64,000 nucleotides of DNA, from positions 448,001-512,000 of the forward strand of contig OZ245003.1 in the NCBI GenBank assembly GCA_965223425.1, read 5' to 3'. The stretch is from Nitrosopumilus sp. Its GTDB lineage: Archaea; Thermoproteota; Nitrososphaeria; Nitrososphaerales; Nitrosopumilaceae. Positions 20,959 to 31,144 of this stretch are shown in pieces. Position numbers and translations under genes: made by a program. The notes below the pieces were generated by a model, which saw nothing but the letters and a program-made list of their open reading frames with translations, was not told the DNA's origin and made no database searches. The stretch's first letter is position 1, and each line of letters begins with the position of its first letter.

Positions 20959-21802
20959 CCATCCGTTTTTGGTTCCATTCTACCATGAGTCCTAGGGGTT
21001 TGAGTTTTGATTTTGATTCTTCTAGTATGTTCTGTGCATGTCTGTTGGCGTTTTCTTTCAGGTCATCATCGATCTGAATATTATGATTGTGTAGTGTCTT
21101 ACGTAATGCTTGTATCCAAAGATGGTCTTCATCATTATCAGTCAGAGTCCGAATAGCATGCTCTATAGCAGTTAGATATAGTGATGCATACAATACAGGA
21201 CCTGCACTTTGACGAAGGCGACGTACTCCTTCAAGAGTCTTATGATTTATCAAGATCGAAATAATATCCTGGTTGGCATCTATGACATATTCTCCTATTC
21301 CTATGGTCGATTTTGCTACCATGCTTATTGCGGCTTGGATCTTTTCTATTGAATCAATTGTAATCTCGTGCTGTTCCCCTATTGCCAATATTGCACCTGT
21401 TGGAAGATCCATTCCATCAGGTCTTAATTTTTGAATTTCATCATCATGTTCTTCGGATTTAAAATTATGTATTTCTTCAGTGGTTACCACATATGGAATT
21501 ATATTTATTTTTCCAGCATAATCTGTCAATTGAAGATCTAATGACCTATGCGTTTCTGTAAAATCAAACATAACTCGTTGATTTGTTTTACTACATTTTA
21601 TCATAGCAAATACTTTTGCTTTTTCTTTTTTGATCATATTGCTTATGAAAACACTGTGTAATTCATAGGATAATTCCAAGTTTATTTTATCTCGGGTGCA
21701 AGTTGCTTTGTTAATCTGCATATTGAAACTACACTCACTGCGATAGTCAAATCCATCTGGACGGATTACTGGATGCGGAAGTAACAGATTTGCATAGCTC
21801 AT
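20933..21802 (-). CDS. Hypothetical protein (PHPV N-terminal motif), operon member
   Basis: 289 aa; overlaps both neighbouring genes. Confidence 0.8.
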   Translation of the reverse strand: MSYANLLLPHPVIRPDGFDYRSECSFNMQINKATCTRDKINLELSYELHSVFISNMIKKEKAKVFAMIKCSKTNQRVMFDFTETHRSLDLQLTDYAGKINIIPYVVTTEEIHNFKSEEHDDEIQKLRPDGMDLPTGAILAIGEQHEITIDSIEKIQAAISMVAKSTIGIGEYVIDANQDIISILINHKTLEGVRRLRQSAGPVLYASLYLTAIEHAIRTLTDNDEDHLWIQALRKTLHNHNIQIDDDLKENANRHAQNILEESKSKLKPLGLMVEWNQKRMDGENDDSD

Positions 21803-23685
21803 TTTTTCGACTCCAATGATTTGTCAACCTGAATGATTTCCACAATCTCGTATCCTGTATATGACTCATTTTCTGGTATTTCCAAATCTAAAACAATTCG
21901 TTCGTTACACTTTGATGTCATCACTATATGATTTCCCTCTTTTTTTACATCAAATCTGGGTGGAGATATTACATTGACAGCAATTATTGGAATCTCACTT
22001 TCATTTCGTTTTTCCTCTCCGGCTCGCATTATTGCAATATGTATTGGTTTGTCATCATCATGCTTGGGTGTAAATGCAACATGAAGTTTATTTTCATCAC
22101 GAACGATTCTTGGATGTACCAAAAATGGCATATCATGTTTAGATTCATTTTTATCTCCAAGCTGCTTTGATCTAGACCTTGTCCCTTTGTCTGAACCTCT
22201 ACCCGAACGACCCGGAAGATCTACGTCACTCCATGATTCGGGGTTATTTTTTGTCTGTCTTGATGGACTTGGGGTAATTGTATGGTGTTGTAGTTCTATT
22301 CCCTCATTATGACCCAGATTGCTTCCCTTATCTCCACCAGGTGTGGGGAGTATCTCTGCAAGTTCAGGCAATTGAATGTTATTTTCTTCATCCATAGTGT
22401 TGATATGTTCCTTAACAAAATCCTCAATCTTTTTTTGTATCTGTTTCAGATCCTTTTTAGTTGCTTCGCGTTCTCCTTCATCATTAACTCGCTTAAATTC
22501 TATTGCCTGATGATTTGGTGGTTCCATTTCTCGTATTTTTTCATCGGTTTTATCGTCTTGTGCCATAACAACTCCGGCATATTTGGCCCAGCCGCTACCT
22601 ACAGACGTAGTAAATGGATTTTTTTTGAATGATTTTTCATCGGTAATTAACATTCCTCTCCGATTCACGTAAGCAATTCGGTTTGGCAGATCTTCATCAT
22701 GTATATTTAGTTTTACGGTAAATCTACCAATATTTCCCTCGATTGATTGTTTAGTGTTGCTATCTCGGATAATGCGATAATAATGGTGTGACTTTGTCTT
22801 TCTACCGTTTTCAAATATGTTGTCTAGAGTCTCATAATTTATTATTTCAGAATTAATATTAACTTCTAATTTTTTTTCATGAATTGCAACAAAAAAATTA
22901 CGTGCGATTGATTCTTTTGCAATTTTAATCCAATCCTTTACTTTTGGCTCAAACCCAATGATAAAAATGCCACTACCTACGCCATCAAGTCGGAATTCAT
23001 CGTAAATATTTTTTCCAGTTGTTGGTGCAGGTCGTTGATTTTGTAGAAATTTTTCCCTTGTTCCAAAACCTATGTGTTGAAGCATACCATTTGACTGTTT
23101 TGGATTTTCATGTGATGAAATTTTACATCGAATAATGAATTGTTCCATTCGACCTTGTTTTTTTTCGGATGTTTTGCGTTGAAAATAACGAGTTGAGTAT
23201 CCTACGGTTTGTATTGAAGATACCAAATATGGTGCATTTTTTCCAATGCCGAAACTTCCTCCGGACGCACTCATGTTTTTGCTAGTTGTACCCTCATCAT
23301 ATACTAGGGCATTCCATTTTTCATCAACTAATCCTGTTGTGTTAGCATCCGTTATTGCCAACACTTTGATTTCATCTTGTTTTAATGCTTTTAACGCATT
23401 TTGATAGAATTTGATACCTCTTGCATTTTTTTCTTGTTTGGTACGTTCTAGTGCCTTGTCCATATGCTTTGCAAGATCTTTGGCAGCAATCTTATGTGCA
23501 GGTATTGTTATTTCGGATATATTTACTACTACGGGTTTATTTTTTTGTACATCGGCAGCATCAAGGGAGTTCTGTATTATTTCCCTTATCGTACTGTCCC
23601 ATGCATCAACTCGAAAATGCTCTTGGCTGCTATCGTTGAAACCATATAGTACCCCTCCTCCGGTGGGTGGAAAATACCACTTCAT
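21799..23685 (-). CDS. GHKL/HATPase-like protein
   Basis: REIIQNSLDA, DANTTGL and GGSFGIGK motifs; EMEPPNH; 628 aa. Confidence 0.8.
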   Translation of the reverse strand: MKWYFPPTGGGVLYGFNDSSQEHFRVDAWDSTIREIIQNSLDAADVQKNKPVVVNISEITIPAHKIAAKDLAKHMDKALERTKQEKNARGIKFYQNALKALKQDEIKVLAITDANTTGLVDEKWNALVYDEGTTSKNMSASGGSFGIGKNAPYLVSSIQTVGYSTRYFQRKTSEKKQGRMEQFIIRCKISSHENPKQSNGMLQHIGFGTREKFLQNQRPAPTTGKNIYDEFRLDGVGSGIFIIGFEPKVKDWIKIAKESIARNFFVAIHEKKLEVNINSEIINYETLDNIFENGRKTKSHHYYRIIRDSNTKQSIEGNIGRFTVKLNIHDEDLPNRIAYVNRRGMLITDEKSFKKNPFTTSVGSGWAKYAGVVMAQDDKTDEKIREMEPPNHQAIEFKRVNDEGEREATKKDLKQIQKKIEDFVKEHINTMDEENNIQLPELAEILPTPGGDKGSNLGHNEGIELQHHTITPSPSRQTKNNPESWSDVDLPGRSGRGSDKGTRSRSKQLGDKNESKHDMPFLVHPRIVRDENKLHVAFTPKHDDDKPIHIAIMRAGEEKRNESEIPIIAVNVISPPRFDVKKEGNHIVMTSKCNERIVLDLEIPENESYTGYEIVEIIQVDKSLESKK

Positions 23686-23833
23686 TAGAATATCTCCTTT
23701 GAGTAATCAATTATCCTATTCATAACTACTTTTGATTACTAAATCTCACTTCATCTTAAGTATTACGTTAGATTACCAAGTACGAATTGGGATATTTACT
23801 ATCATGGATGGTCATGTCAAAAGGGGTGTTGTG

Positions 23834-23971
23834 ATGAAATCAAAATTTAGTATCTCAGTTGATTCAGATTTATGTAAATGGTTGGATACAGAAATAAAGA
23901 TCAAGCGATTTGCAAGTAGATCTCATGGAGTAGAATTTGCATTAACTCAACTCAAGAAAGAAACAAACTAA
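23834..23971 (+). CDS. Ribbon-helix-helix (CopG-like) regulator
   Basis: KFSISVD...WLD...FASRSHGVE; divergent from the cargo operon. Confidence 0.8.
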   Translation: MKSKFSISVDSDLCKWLDTEIKIKRFASRSHGVEFALTQLKKETN

Positions 23972-24020
23972 ACATCAACGTGTGATGTATAGGTTAAAGT
24001 TTTCATTTTATATCTGTCTT

Positions 24021-24299
24021 CTAGGAAGTCTTGGATGATTGTTTCTTAATTCTCGTCTTTAGTTTTGTACCGTATTTTGAGACATATTGTTTGCGTATAT
24101 CTGCTGGAAGAAGTGAAAGAAGCTCTTCAAATGAATCCAAATAGTGATCTGCGCGTTCTTTAGAATAGTTCAGTGCCTTGATAACATTCTCAGTCTTTGC
24201 TTTTGAAGGATTATTTTTGGGTGCAATGTAAAGCGATTCTTTACCTGCCTGAAAGTATAGATATTCAACATCCTTTGAGATCTTGACTGTGAGTGTCAT
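24021..24299 (-). CDS. Small hypothetical protein divergent from the integrase
   Basis: 92 aa, basic; EYLYFQAG motif. Confidence 0.6.
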   Translation of the reverse strand: MTLTVKISKDVEYLYFQAGKESLYIAPKNNPSKAKTENVIKALNYSKERADHYLDSFEELLSLLPADIRKQYVSKYGTKLKTRIKKQSSKTS

Positions 24300-24399
24300 G
24301 GTATGTTATCGTATTATATGACACCTATTTTAAACATTCAGGTTAGGGCTATCTTAAACTACGATATCTATATATGCCACTATCGTATAACAAGATAGC

Positions 24400-26831
24400 A
24401 TGATAACATCCAAAAAAACACCTCATAATACACTAGATTTCTATTGCGATCATCAAAATTTCCCTAAAAGTGAAATAAAGGAAAATCATAATCAAACCAA
24501 GGATGAAGTCGCCGAGAGGCTAACCGATATGGGAAAAAATAAACTTTCAACAAAAAAAGACACTGCCAAACTACAAACATCAAAAAAACAAAGAATGCTT
24601 AGAAATCCAGAGATCAAAAGATGGTATGACAATCTTGCAAGAGGTTCATTGATTACAGCCGATGTGAGACTAAGACGTCTTGACAGGTTTTGTCAGATAC
24701 ATCAGATGACTCCGATGGAGCTAGCAGAGCTTGGAATGAAAGACCTAAGAACCGCAACAAATCTTTTAGAAGACCACATTACATGGATGGAAGACAAGTG
24801 CTATGCACCCGGATATACAAGCGGTTTTGTAAAGACCATAAAGTCATGGCTTGCACACTTTGACGTAGAGATAAAACGCAAAATCAAGATAAAAAACCCC
24901 AACCAGACACCAACTCTACAAAACGAGCGTGTCCCAAATGCACAGGAAGTTTCCGAGATCTTTGCAAGAGCATCATTACGCTCTTCTGTAATGATCTCGC
25001 TGATGGCAAAGTCTGGTCTCAGACCTGAAGTTATGGGAAATCATGACGGCACAGACGGACTGCGTATGGACGACCTACCAGATATTAGATGAGTTGCGCA
25101 ATTACAATCAAAATCTCATCTTTCACTCGATAGTTTTTGATTTTATGGAATCACAGCAAGCTCTTGCTTCCACCGTATCTTGAAATTAACAATTCCGCAG
25201 ACTATCTCGCTAATGGTGTCATAACGACGCAATCTGTTCCTAAATGTATATGCGCTGATTCTGAATTTTTTGATTTGTGCAATGACATGCTCTCTATCCT
25301 GATTCTAACTTTAGCTTGAGATTTGTTCCACTCTTTCTGAGAATCAGTTAGCTTTCTTCCTTTCTTTTTTCTGTATGGCAAAATGCTGGTCTGTTTTGGA
25401 AAGTCCTTTTCAATCCCCAAATATCCAAGGTCATAAAAGTTTAACAGCTCTTCAGACAGTGTCGGATGTTTTGATTTGTAAATTTTGTAACCGTGGCGAC
25501 ATCCGGGTGAATGTGCAGGTTTGTGAATTATGACTCCGTCAAGGTTTATCGTAATCTGGTTTTGTACTGTGTGGTTTTTCTTTTTGCCTGAATAGTGTGT
25601 CTTACGTTTGCGCTTGTTTTTTGGTCTCGGTATTGGCTGCTCCGTACCGTCTGTGATTGCAATTAGTTCTGGGAAGAACTCTTGGAGCTGCTGTATGCCG
25701 CTGATCTTTTTTGAATCTGCATACTTTTTGGCGGGAATTGGGATTGACTGTTTTACTGCGGGCTCCAAATATCTGATATCCCGCATCACATTTGATTTGT
25801 TCAGGTCAAATATCATTCCCGACACATCATATGTTGTGTACATTCTGTAGTACATTAACAGCATCAGAACTCTGTCTTTGATTGGTAGATCAAATTGTGT
25901 CCTGCACCAATTTCTCTTTTTCTTTTCTTTTCTGATAGACGTCTTGCTTCTGTAGTTTTGTATTTTTTTTGTATTTCTTTTGATAAGGAATCAAATTGTG
26001 GAACAGTCAGTCCCGTTATTGACAGGAATTGTTTTGGTCTTTTTGCTAATTTCGTGTGATTGAACATAATTGAAAATGGTTATTTCTTAGCTTTGGATCT
26101 TGTTGTCAGGAAATATTGAGATTATACTCAAACTGAATCAATTGCGCAACTCATCTATTGTTATCCACCAAGGAGTGGCAAAGTGCATAAAGACTCCGAA
26201 TCAGATAGTGGTACGAAGTGAGCTCTCAAAAACAAGACACCAATACTTTACGTTTTTGACAACGTCTGGTACAAAGAAACTACTTGCATACCTCAATGAC
26301 AGGCTAGCATATGGCGAGCCACTACATGGAAACTCTGCTGTAGTAGCTCCGGATCACACCCACACACTGAACCGCGGTAGAAATACATTCAAGACATTTT
26401 TGCCTACAAGACAGATAAGCAAGGAGATTCGTAAGACATTCCGACCAAGGTTTGAATGGAGACCTTACATACTGCGCGCCTACTTTGACACCGAGTTGTT
26501 AATTGCAGAGTCCAAGGGAAAAATAGCACATGACTTTAGGGTGTTCTTTATGGGACACAAGGGATCCATGGAAGCAAGGTACACTACCAACAAAGGAATG
26601 CTACCTGAGATACTGATTCGCGAAATGCGCGATTCGTTTGAACGCTCCGAAGAATTTCTTGATTTGGAGACAAACAAATCAGATGCAATACAGGATCAAA
26701 AACAAGAGATGCACAACATCATTCATGATGCAACACCAGACGAGCTTGATTCTATGCTAGAGGTACTACAAAGTACCGGCAAGATGAACCAAGTCAAAGA
26801 GTCGTTGCTTCAGACCGTGCAGAACAGATGA
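24400..26831 (+). pseudogene. Tyrosine integrase interrupted by IS5 copy 2
   Basis: KSGLRPE, then LPDI|VIHQG rejoined in frame across the IS; YILRAYF, FFMGHKG and RY motifs; frameshifted tail GWIFVGALPNGK runs to 26950. Confidence 0.9.
25087..26156 (-). mobile_element. IS5-family element, copy 2 (inverted near-identical copy of 12498-13568)
   Basis: Same TIRs as copy 1; 3-bp TSD ATT; same two frameshifts. Confidence 0.92.
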
Positions 26832-26909
26832 TCATGCAAGGCTGGATATTTGTAGGAGCACTACCTAACGGAAAAATCGTGCTAAAAAGGCCCGAGCCCG
26901 ATGTGGGAG

Positions 26910-26984
26910 TGGGCCCACGGGGATTTGAACCCCGGATCTTCGCCGTGTAAGGGCGACGTCATAACCTACCTGGACTATGAGCCC
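26910..26984 (-). tRNA. tRNA-Val(TAC)
   Basis: GGGCTCATAGTCCAGG...TCGCC-CTTACAC-GGCGA...GTTCAAATCCCCGTGGGCCCA cloverleaf. Confidence 0.95.
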
Positions 26985-27064
26985 AGAAACCAAGATTGTT
27001 AAAATCCATTTAAACTTTGAGACGTGTGAAAATCTAGAAATTTGATTAAAAAATTACAAAATTC

Positions 27065-28078
27065 ATGAATTTTGATTTTTTTTCTAGTCCAATTGGATTA
27101 GGTCATGTAACTAGAGATATTGCAATTGCAAACCACTTTCAAAATATTTCAACAAACTTTGTAACAGGAAGTGGAGCAGCTAAAATTCTAAAAAATTTGG
27201 ATTTCAAAGTACAAAATGTGTACAATCCGCCTTCATTCATTGTTGAAAATGGAACATTAAAGAGTCCGGCAAAGTGGTTATGGAACTACTATCAATATTA
27301 TAAGGACTGTAAAAAAAAATCACAAGCAATTATTCAAAAAGATAACCCGGACTTGGTAATTAGTGATGAAGATTTTGCATCATTGTCGGTTGCACAATAC
27401 ATGAAAATTCCAACTGTACTTATCACAGATATCCTGGAAACTAGGTTCACCAAAGGATTTGCATCATTCATTGAAAAAAAGATGAATAAATCAATGCAAG
27501 AAATTATCAAAAAATCTGATATTGTGATTCTTCCTGAAAATGGAGATGATCAAGATAATATCAGAAGGGTAGGACCAATAGTCAGACAAACAAATTTTTC
27601 AAGAGAAGAGCTGCGAGAAAAACTTTCATTTGAGAGAAAAACCATAGTTATTTCCATTGGAGGAACAGATGCAGGCCTGTTTCTTATTGAAAAAGCACTA
27701 GAATCCATTACGAAAATCAATCAAGATACGGAAATTGTTCTAGTGTCAGGTCCAGCAGTTAGCAAAAAATTTGAAAATGTCAGAAATTTAGGCTTTGTAG
27801 ATAATTTGCATGAATTAATTTTTGCTTCAGACTTGTTGATTTCACTTGCTGGAAAATCAACCATAGACGAGGCTAATGCCTATGGAACACCGGCAATATT
27901 CATACCCATAAAGGGGCATTTTGAACAAGAAGATAATGCAAAAGAGCAAGGATTTGTCTTTGGGGATATCAAAAGACTTGAATCGCTAATTGTTGAAAAG
28001 CTTGAACAAAAAAGAAATCAAGTAAATGCTGGTGGTGCAGAAACTGCGTCAAATATTATTAGAAATTTGATGAATTAA
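27065..28078 (+). CDS. GT28/MurG-like glycosyltransferase
   Basis: GLGHVTR, ISIGGT, LAGKSTIDE and HFEQEDNA motifs. Confidence 0.85.
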   Translation: MNFDFFSSPIGLGHVTRDIAIANHFQNISTNFVTGSGAAKILKNLDFKVQNVYNPPSFIVENGTLKSPAKWLWNYYQYYKDCKKKSQAIIQKDNPDLVISDEDFASLSVAQYMKIPTVLITDILETRFTKGFASFIEKKMNKSMQEIIKKSDIVILPENGDDQDNIRRVGPIVRQTNFSREELREKLSFERKTIVISIGGTDAGLFLIEKALESITKINQDTEIVLVSGPAVSKKFENVRNLGFVDNLHELIFASDLLISLAGKSTIDEANAYGTPAIFIPIKGHFEQEDNAKEQGFVFGDIKRLESLIVEKLEQKRNQVNAGGAETASNIIRNLMN

Positions 28079-28123
28079 CGATCAAATGCTTAATAGATGG
28101 CCATAAAGTTTTGATAAGATACG

Positions 28124-29539
28124 ATGACCAAGTTAGTAGTAGCAAAGTTTGGAGGGAGTGCATTGGGTCCGGATGGGGCAGCTATTCCAGAAATTATTAA
28201 ACGTCTTAATGATTTGAAAAAGGATTCCAAAGTAATTGCAGTGTTCTCGGCCCCATTAACTATGGATAATGGAAAAAAACGCTCTCTTACTGATGTAGTT
28301 TTAGAACAGGGCAGAAATGCAGAAAGTGAAACAACACCATCATTAGATATTGTAAAATCAACCTATCAAAAAATTCTGGAATTGGTAAACTCTGAAAATA
28401 AAGACAGCTGCGAAAATACTATTGATTCGCATCTAGAAAAGGTACAAAAAGCGCTAGATGAGGCATTTGAAAATAAAGAATTTGCCGATGAAGTACGCTC
28501 AAGGGCATTGGCATTCTCAGGAGAGATTTTGATGTCTCATGTGATGAATCACATACTAAGAAGTAATGGAATTAAGACTGATGCTGTAGGATTTGATGAT
28601 TGGCCAATTATTACAGATAACAACATAGAATCTACAAATTTTCTGACCTCAGAATCAAGGGAAAAGATGGGTAAAATCTCCGAACTCGTAGAAAAAAATG
28701 AGGTGGTAGCCATTGGTGGATTTATTGGGAAAACAGTAGATAATGTCACCACTACGTATGAGCGAGGGGGATCAGATAGGACAGCTGCAGATCTAGGAAT
28801 ACTGTTTCACAAAAACTATGAAACCAGTATAGATTTTGAAAAAGACAGCGCAGTGGTTTCTGCAGATCCAAAAATTGTGGAAGATGGATTGACTGAAGTA
28901 ATTCAGTTGTCATACAATGAAGCCAGATTGGCAGGGATGTTTGGAATGAAGATTTTAGATCCAATTGCAATAAAAGAGATCGTAGAAAATGGAGTAGATG
29001 TGCCAATTACTGTTACAAACATGAAAAATCCAGAAAAAACAACCACGATAAAGAGGGCGCTAGATGAGCAAAAGGGGCACCCAATTAAGATAGTTACGGG
29101 AAAAGAAAATTGCGCAATTTTTAGAATTGAAACAAACTGTATTCAAAAATTATTGACATCATTGGAAAAAGACAAACGCTACAGTGAGTTTATAATTTTA
29201 TCACCATTTACAAAGGATGGAATTGAATTTTCTAGAATATTGTTCCTAGACGGAGATTATGTTAAAAGAAACGAAAAATATTTGTTAGGATTTGACTCTC
29301 TTGCTACAATTACATACAACAGAGGGGTTATCACACTAATCGGTGATGAAATGTGGAGGGTTCAACAAGTAGCTTCAAGAACTAGCGCAAGGATTGGTGA
29401 ATCAGGACTAAACATATTGAATATGGATGCGCAGGAAGAGACCTCACGAATAATTATTGTTGTAGAGGATTCAGACGACAACATAAGAAAAGCAATCAAA
29501 GCCGTACATCAAGAAATTTCTGAAATTAATTTTGTTTAG
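28124..29539 (+). CDS. lysC: Aspartate kinase
   Basis: VAKFGGS, RGGSDRTA, SADPK and LSYNEA motifs; C-terminal ACT-like region. Confidence 0.9.
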   Translation: MTKLVVAKFGGSALGPDGAAIPEIIKRLNDLKKDSKVIAVFSAPLTMDNGKKRSLTDVVLEQGRNAESETTPSLDIVKSTYQKILELVNSENKDSCENTIDSHLEKVQKALDEAFENKEFADEVRSRALAFSGEILMSHVMNHILRSNGIKTDAVGFDDWPIITDNNIESTNFLTSESREKMGKISELVEKNEVVAIGGFIGKTVDNVTTTYERGGSDRTAADLGILFHKNYETSIDFEKDSAVVSADPKIVEDGLTEVIQLSYNEARLAGMFGMKILDPIAIKEIVENGVDVPITVTNMKNPEKTTTIKRALDEQKGHPIKIVTGKENCAIFRIETNCIQKLLTSLEKDKRYSEFIILSPFTKDGIEFSRILFLDGDYVKRNEKYLLGFDSLATITYNRGVITLIGDEMWRVQQVASRTSARIGESGLNILNMDAQEETSRIIIVVEDSDDNIRKAIKAVHQEISEINFV

Positions 29540-29547
29540 TAAAAGAG

Positions 29548-29633
29548 TGGCGTTACGGGTTTTCACCTGTAAACGCCATCATGGGTTTGTTCTTGGACCA
29601 TTATCTAGATTTAGTCCGGCGTTACCCAAAACA
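29548..29633. ncRNA. Candidate structured RNA or terminator (two hairpins)
   Basis: TGGCGTT..AACGCCA hairpin followed by a GGGT/ACCC + GGAC/GTCC hairpin in a GC-enriched intergenic stretch. Confidence 0.3.
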
Positions 29634-29688
29634 CGCGATATCATAACTTACAATTTCTAGTATTTAGACCTGATCTATATAGATCGGT

Positions 29689-29895
29689 TCACATACGCTC
29701 AGCTGCATACCAAAGAATTATTCCAATTCCAAGTAATGCATACCACTTGAAGTTTTTCTTATCCATGAAAATACTTACTGAGGCTAATTTGTCATCCATG
29801 TATGTGGTCTTACGAATCCTTCTCATTTCAAATGCCTGGCCGACCAAGCCTACTACAAGAAGAGCTATTGCTGCAAAACCCAGAGTCCATTCCAT
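29689..29895 (-). CDS. Small two-TM membrane protein
   Basis: 68 aa, two hydrophobic segments. Confidence 0.7.
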   Translation of the reverse strand: MEWTLGFAAIALLVVGLVGQAFEMRRIRKTTYMDDKLASVSIFMDKKNFKWYALLGIGIILWYAAERM

Positions 29896-29988
29896 GATGC
29901 ATGTTGATGTTTGCCTGATATTTAGTTTCCAGACTAACAGAAACTTGAAAGATAATTCTTTAAATTAGCATGGTTTTTTCTCTCTCCT

Positions 29989-30903
29989 ATGAAAGAGACA
30001 GGCAAGATATGGATGAATGGGAAGCTGGTTCCATTCAAGGACGCCAAAGTTCATGTGCTAACACACGCATTACACTATTCAACATCAGTATTTGAAGGAA
30101 TTAGGTGCTATAGCACGCCAAACGGTTCTGCAATGTTTAGGCTTCCAGAACATGTTGATAGATTCTTCAGGTCAGCAAAATTGTATTCAATGAAGATGCA
30201 ATTCTCAAAAAAACAAATCTCTGATGCAATACTAAAAACCGTAAGGGCCAGTGGACTCAAAGAATGCTACATCAGGCCATTGGCATATTATGGTTATGGA
30301 ACTATGGGGCTGACTCCTATCCAAAATAAAGTGGACGTCTCAATTGCATGTTGGGAATGGAGGATGGGTGAGTCAAAGGCCGGAAAATTCTCGGGGGCAA
30401 AATGTAAAGTATCAAGTTGGACAAAGATTGATTCACGATCCCAGCCAATGCAAGCAAAAGCGGCGGCAAACTATTCCAATGCGGCACTGGCAAGAATGGA
30501 GGCGTTAGAAAATGGATATGATGAGGCAATTATGCTAAACTCGCATGGAAACATTGCAGAAGGAAGTGCAGAAAATATCTTTGCTGTAAAAGATGATGTT
30601 ATTTTAACGCCCCCACTTTCTGCAGGAGGATTGGAGGGCATTACAAGGGACAGCGTCATCCAGATTATTGAAGAGAATGGGGGATTTGTTATTGAGCGTG
30701 ACTTGGAAAGAGATGATCTCTATACGGCCGATGAGGTCTTCATGACCGGTACTGCCGCAGAGGTAAAATCAGTCACGCAGATAGACAAGGTGAAGATTGG
30801 AAGTGGCAAAATGGGCAACATTACAAAGGCATTACAAAAATCATTTTCTAATGCGGCCTTGGGCAAAGATGAGAGGTTTTTGCCATGGCTGACATTCATC
30901 TAA
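29989..30903 (+). CDS. ilvE: Branched-chain amino acid aminotransferase
   Basis: HALHYSTSVFEG, AKAAANY, EGSAENIF, LEGITR and GTAAEV motifs. Confidence 0.95.
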   Translation: MKETGKIWMNGKLVPFKDAKVHVLTHALHYSTSVFEGIRCYSTPNGSAMFRLPEHVDRFFRSAKLYSMKMQFSKKQISDAILKTVRASGLKECYIRPLAYYGYGTMGLTPIQNKVDVSIACWEWRMGESKAGKFSGAKCKVSSWTKIDSRSQPMQAKAAANYSNAALARMEALENGYDEAIMLNSHGNIAEGSAENIFAVKDDVILTPPLSAGGLEGITRDSVIQIIEENGGFVIERDLERDDLYTADEVFMTGTAAEVKSVTQIDKVKIGSGKMGNITKALQKSFSNAALGKDERFLPWLTFI

Positions 30904-30944
30904 CTTTCCACGAAGTTTTTTACCCACAAAAATGAACAGATGTC

Positions 30945-31106
30945 ATGGACTCTTGTGCTACGGGGAATGCCAAGGAGATCTGCTGGTTTTGCAGAAAAGG
31001 TCGCCATGAAGACTGTATGAAGAATATTCCAACACAAGGCAGGTCAGACGGACCTCGTGACTGTGCTTTTGACACCAAACTAGTACCATGCAAATGTCAG
31101 CACTAA
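30945..31106 (+). CDS. Small Cys/His-rich protein (not in ORF track)
   Basis: MDSCATGNAKEICWFCRKGRHEDC...CAFDTKLVPCKCQH, 53 aa; fills the ilvE-methyltransferase gap. Confidence 0.6.
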   Translation: MDSCATGNAKEICWFCRKGRHEDCMKNIPTQGRSDGPRDCAFDTKLVPCKCQH

Positions 31107-31144
31107 ACAATTACCAACAAATACGCCCTTGTCTGAAAAATTCC

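Larger units (their letters stand above)
17497..26921. mobile_element. Integrative element A2 in tRNA-Val (~9.4 kb)
   Basis: 12-bp direct repeats at both ends; integrase adjacent to the tRNA; five-gene cargo operon. Confidence 0.8.

Noticed and set aside
13569-25086. Invertible segment or composite transposon between the inverted IS5 copies
   Set aside because: Copy 2 keeps its own ATT TSD and the integrase is collinear across it, so there is no evidence of inversion or joint transposition.
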